Source: Haliotis rubra
Lineage: Eukaryota
Direction: 5' to 3'
Assembly (NCBI RefSeq): GCF_003918875.1
Contig: NW_025767479.1
Location: forward strand, 1,736,001 to 1,800,000
Length of the DNA: 64,000 nucleotides
Shown here: in pieces, positions 63,401-64,000 of the stretch
Layout of the letters: each line of letters starts with the position of its first letter
Position numbering within the stretch: position 1 is the stretch's first letter
Notes under the pieces: generated by a model
Database searches by the model: none
What the model was told of the DNA's origin: nothing
Seen by the model: only the letters and a program-made list of their open reading frames with translations
Program-made: the position numbers and the translations under genes

Positions 63401-63660
63401 TATTCGTTTAATTTATTTACACATTGTGTTTGCTGTGATTCATGGACGGTACATAGTGTTTTTGCAGCATGTGCTTCACGACCCAGATTTAATCCTGTAA
63501 CTGGTCGTATCTTGGGTGGTATGTCCGTGAGCTCATCGTGTCAGTGGCCCTGGATGGTGTCTATCAAGCTAGGAACAACCTCCAACATTGGCTCCCATGT
63601 GTGTGCTGGAGTGCTCGTCAACCCTAACAAGGTCCTCACCACATCCAGCTGTGTGCTCGG
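60487..63660 (+). CDS. SP7 (5' partial): secreted protein with two beta-defensin-like domains, Thr-rich linker and non-catalytic serine-protease homolog domain (His57 to Ser)
   Basis: Exons: 60487-60565 MVALRLLTLGLVLVSQTVAQFFIPNF; 61383-61502 six-Cys domain ending CC; 62343-62516 six-Cys domain ending CC plus T8 linker; 63468-63660 CASRP..TGR|ILGG..CQWPW..VCAG..VLTTSSCVL. Phases 1/1/1/2 as in paralogs. Continues beyond the window. Confidence 0.87.
61383..61502 (+). other. SP7 exon 2: beta-defensin/big-defensin-like domain 1
   Basis: AFTCGWKYGGQCKRFCDSRDYVLGRKPCDGSGTCCARSL = C-x7-C-x3-C-x11-C-x5-CC with a G-x-C motif; ttccag/gtaaga splice sites. Confidence 0.75.
61552..61780 (-). mobile_element. 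Repeat family D, inverted pair
   Basis: Minus copy 61552-61695 followed by a plus-strand partial copy. Confidence 0.65.
62343..62516 (+). other. SP7 exon 3: beta-defensin/big-defensin-like domain 2 plus Thr-rich linker
   Basis: CSSYGGVCRLDGCVSNFEVHLQFNVRCRFGGACCVRRWKRPLTQTTTTTTTTSPVPA = C-x6-C-x4-C-x13-C-x5-CC. Confidence 0.75.
62745..62906 (-). mobile_element. SINE-like family B (internally deleted)
   Basis: Reverse complement of the consensus. Confidence 0.75.
63221..63358 (+). mobile_element. SINE family A (internal deletions)
   Basis: Matches consensus. Confidence 0.8.
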
Positions 63661-64000
63661 GTAAGTTGTTCGTCAATGTACGAGGACATTGGTCTATTTC
63701 AAATATAGTTGACAGTAAAATATGCACGGATGAACAGTTTCGGACAAGGAGTTCATTTGTAATCAATGAGCCAAAATGTCAATGAACCATTTATAACCAC
63801 GTGATTTAAAATCAATAAATTATTGCACGTTTCAACTCAGAAGACGTTATCAATGTGTGATTAAAGTTCATATGCTATAACGACGTTTCAGCAATATCGC
63901 ATCTAAAACAAACAGAACACATAACTTCAACTGTAAACCTTTCATACATAATACTAATAAGAAGAATCAATTCTGGAGGTCGGGGTTTGATTAATGTGGG

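Noticed and set aside
2974-63660. Assigning vertebrate gene symbols (PRSS/TMPRSS etc.)
   Set aside because: Lineage-specific paralogs; orthology cannot be established from the sequence alone.

Overview
AT-rich animal (eukaryotic) genomic DNA with five N-gaps. It is probably a mollusc: the SINE families look gastropod/abalone-like to me, but that is an inference from memory. Manual splicing (GT-AG, phase-consistent) gives a tandem cluster of seven secreted trypsin-family (peptidase S1A) genes that the ORF track only shows as fragments. SP1-SP3 are on the minus strand and SP4-SP7 on the plus strand, head-to-head around 30.4-31.9 kb; SP7 runs off the right edge. All share one exon-phase blueprint: signal exon, phase-1/1 Cys-module exon(s), then the protease exons. 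SP1-SP6 carry an N-terminal Cys micro-domain that I do not recognise, occurring in 6-, 4- and 2-Cys forms. SP7 instead carries two beta-defensin/big-defensin-like domains, a Thr-rich linker and a protease domain with His57 replaced by Ser. SP4 keeps the triad but has lost the IVGG/Asp194 activation switch. Together this resembles a self-contained protease / pseudo-protease immune-type cascade locus, analogous to arthropod clip-protease/SPH systems (inference). Introns and spacers hold a full-length but D-to-V mutated Tc1 element, Tc1 relics including a 1.5-kb foldback, MITEs, a truncated LINE, four SINE-like families, Penelope-like remnants and many minisatellites. All coordinates were counted by hand and may be off by a base or two.
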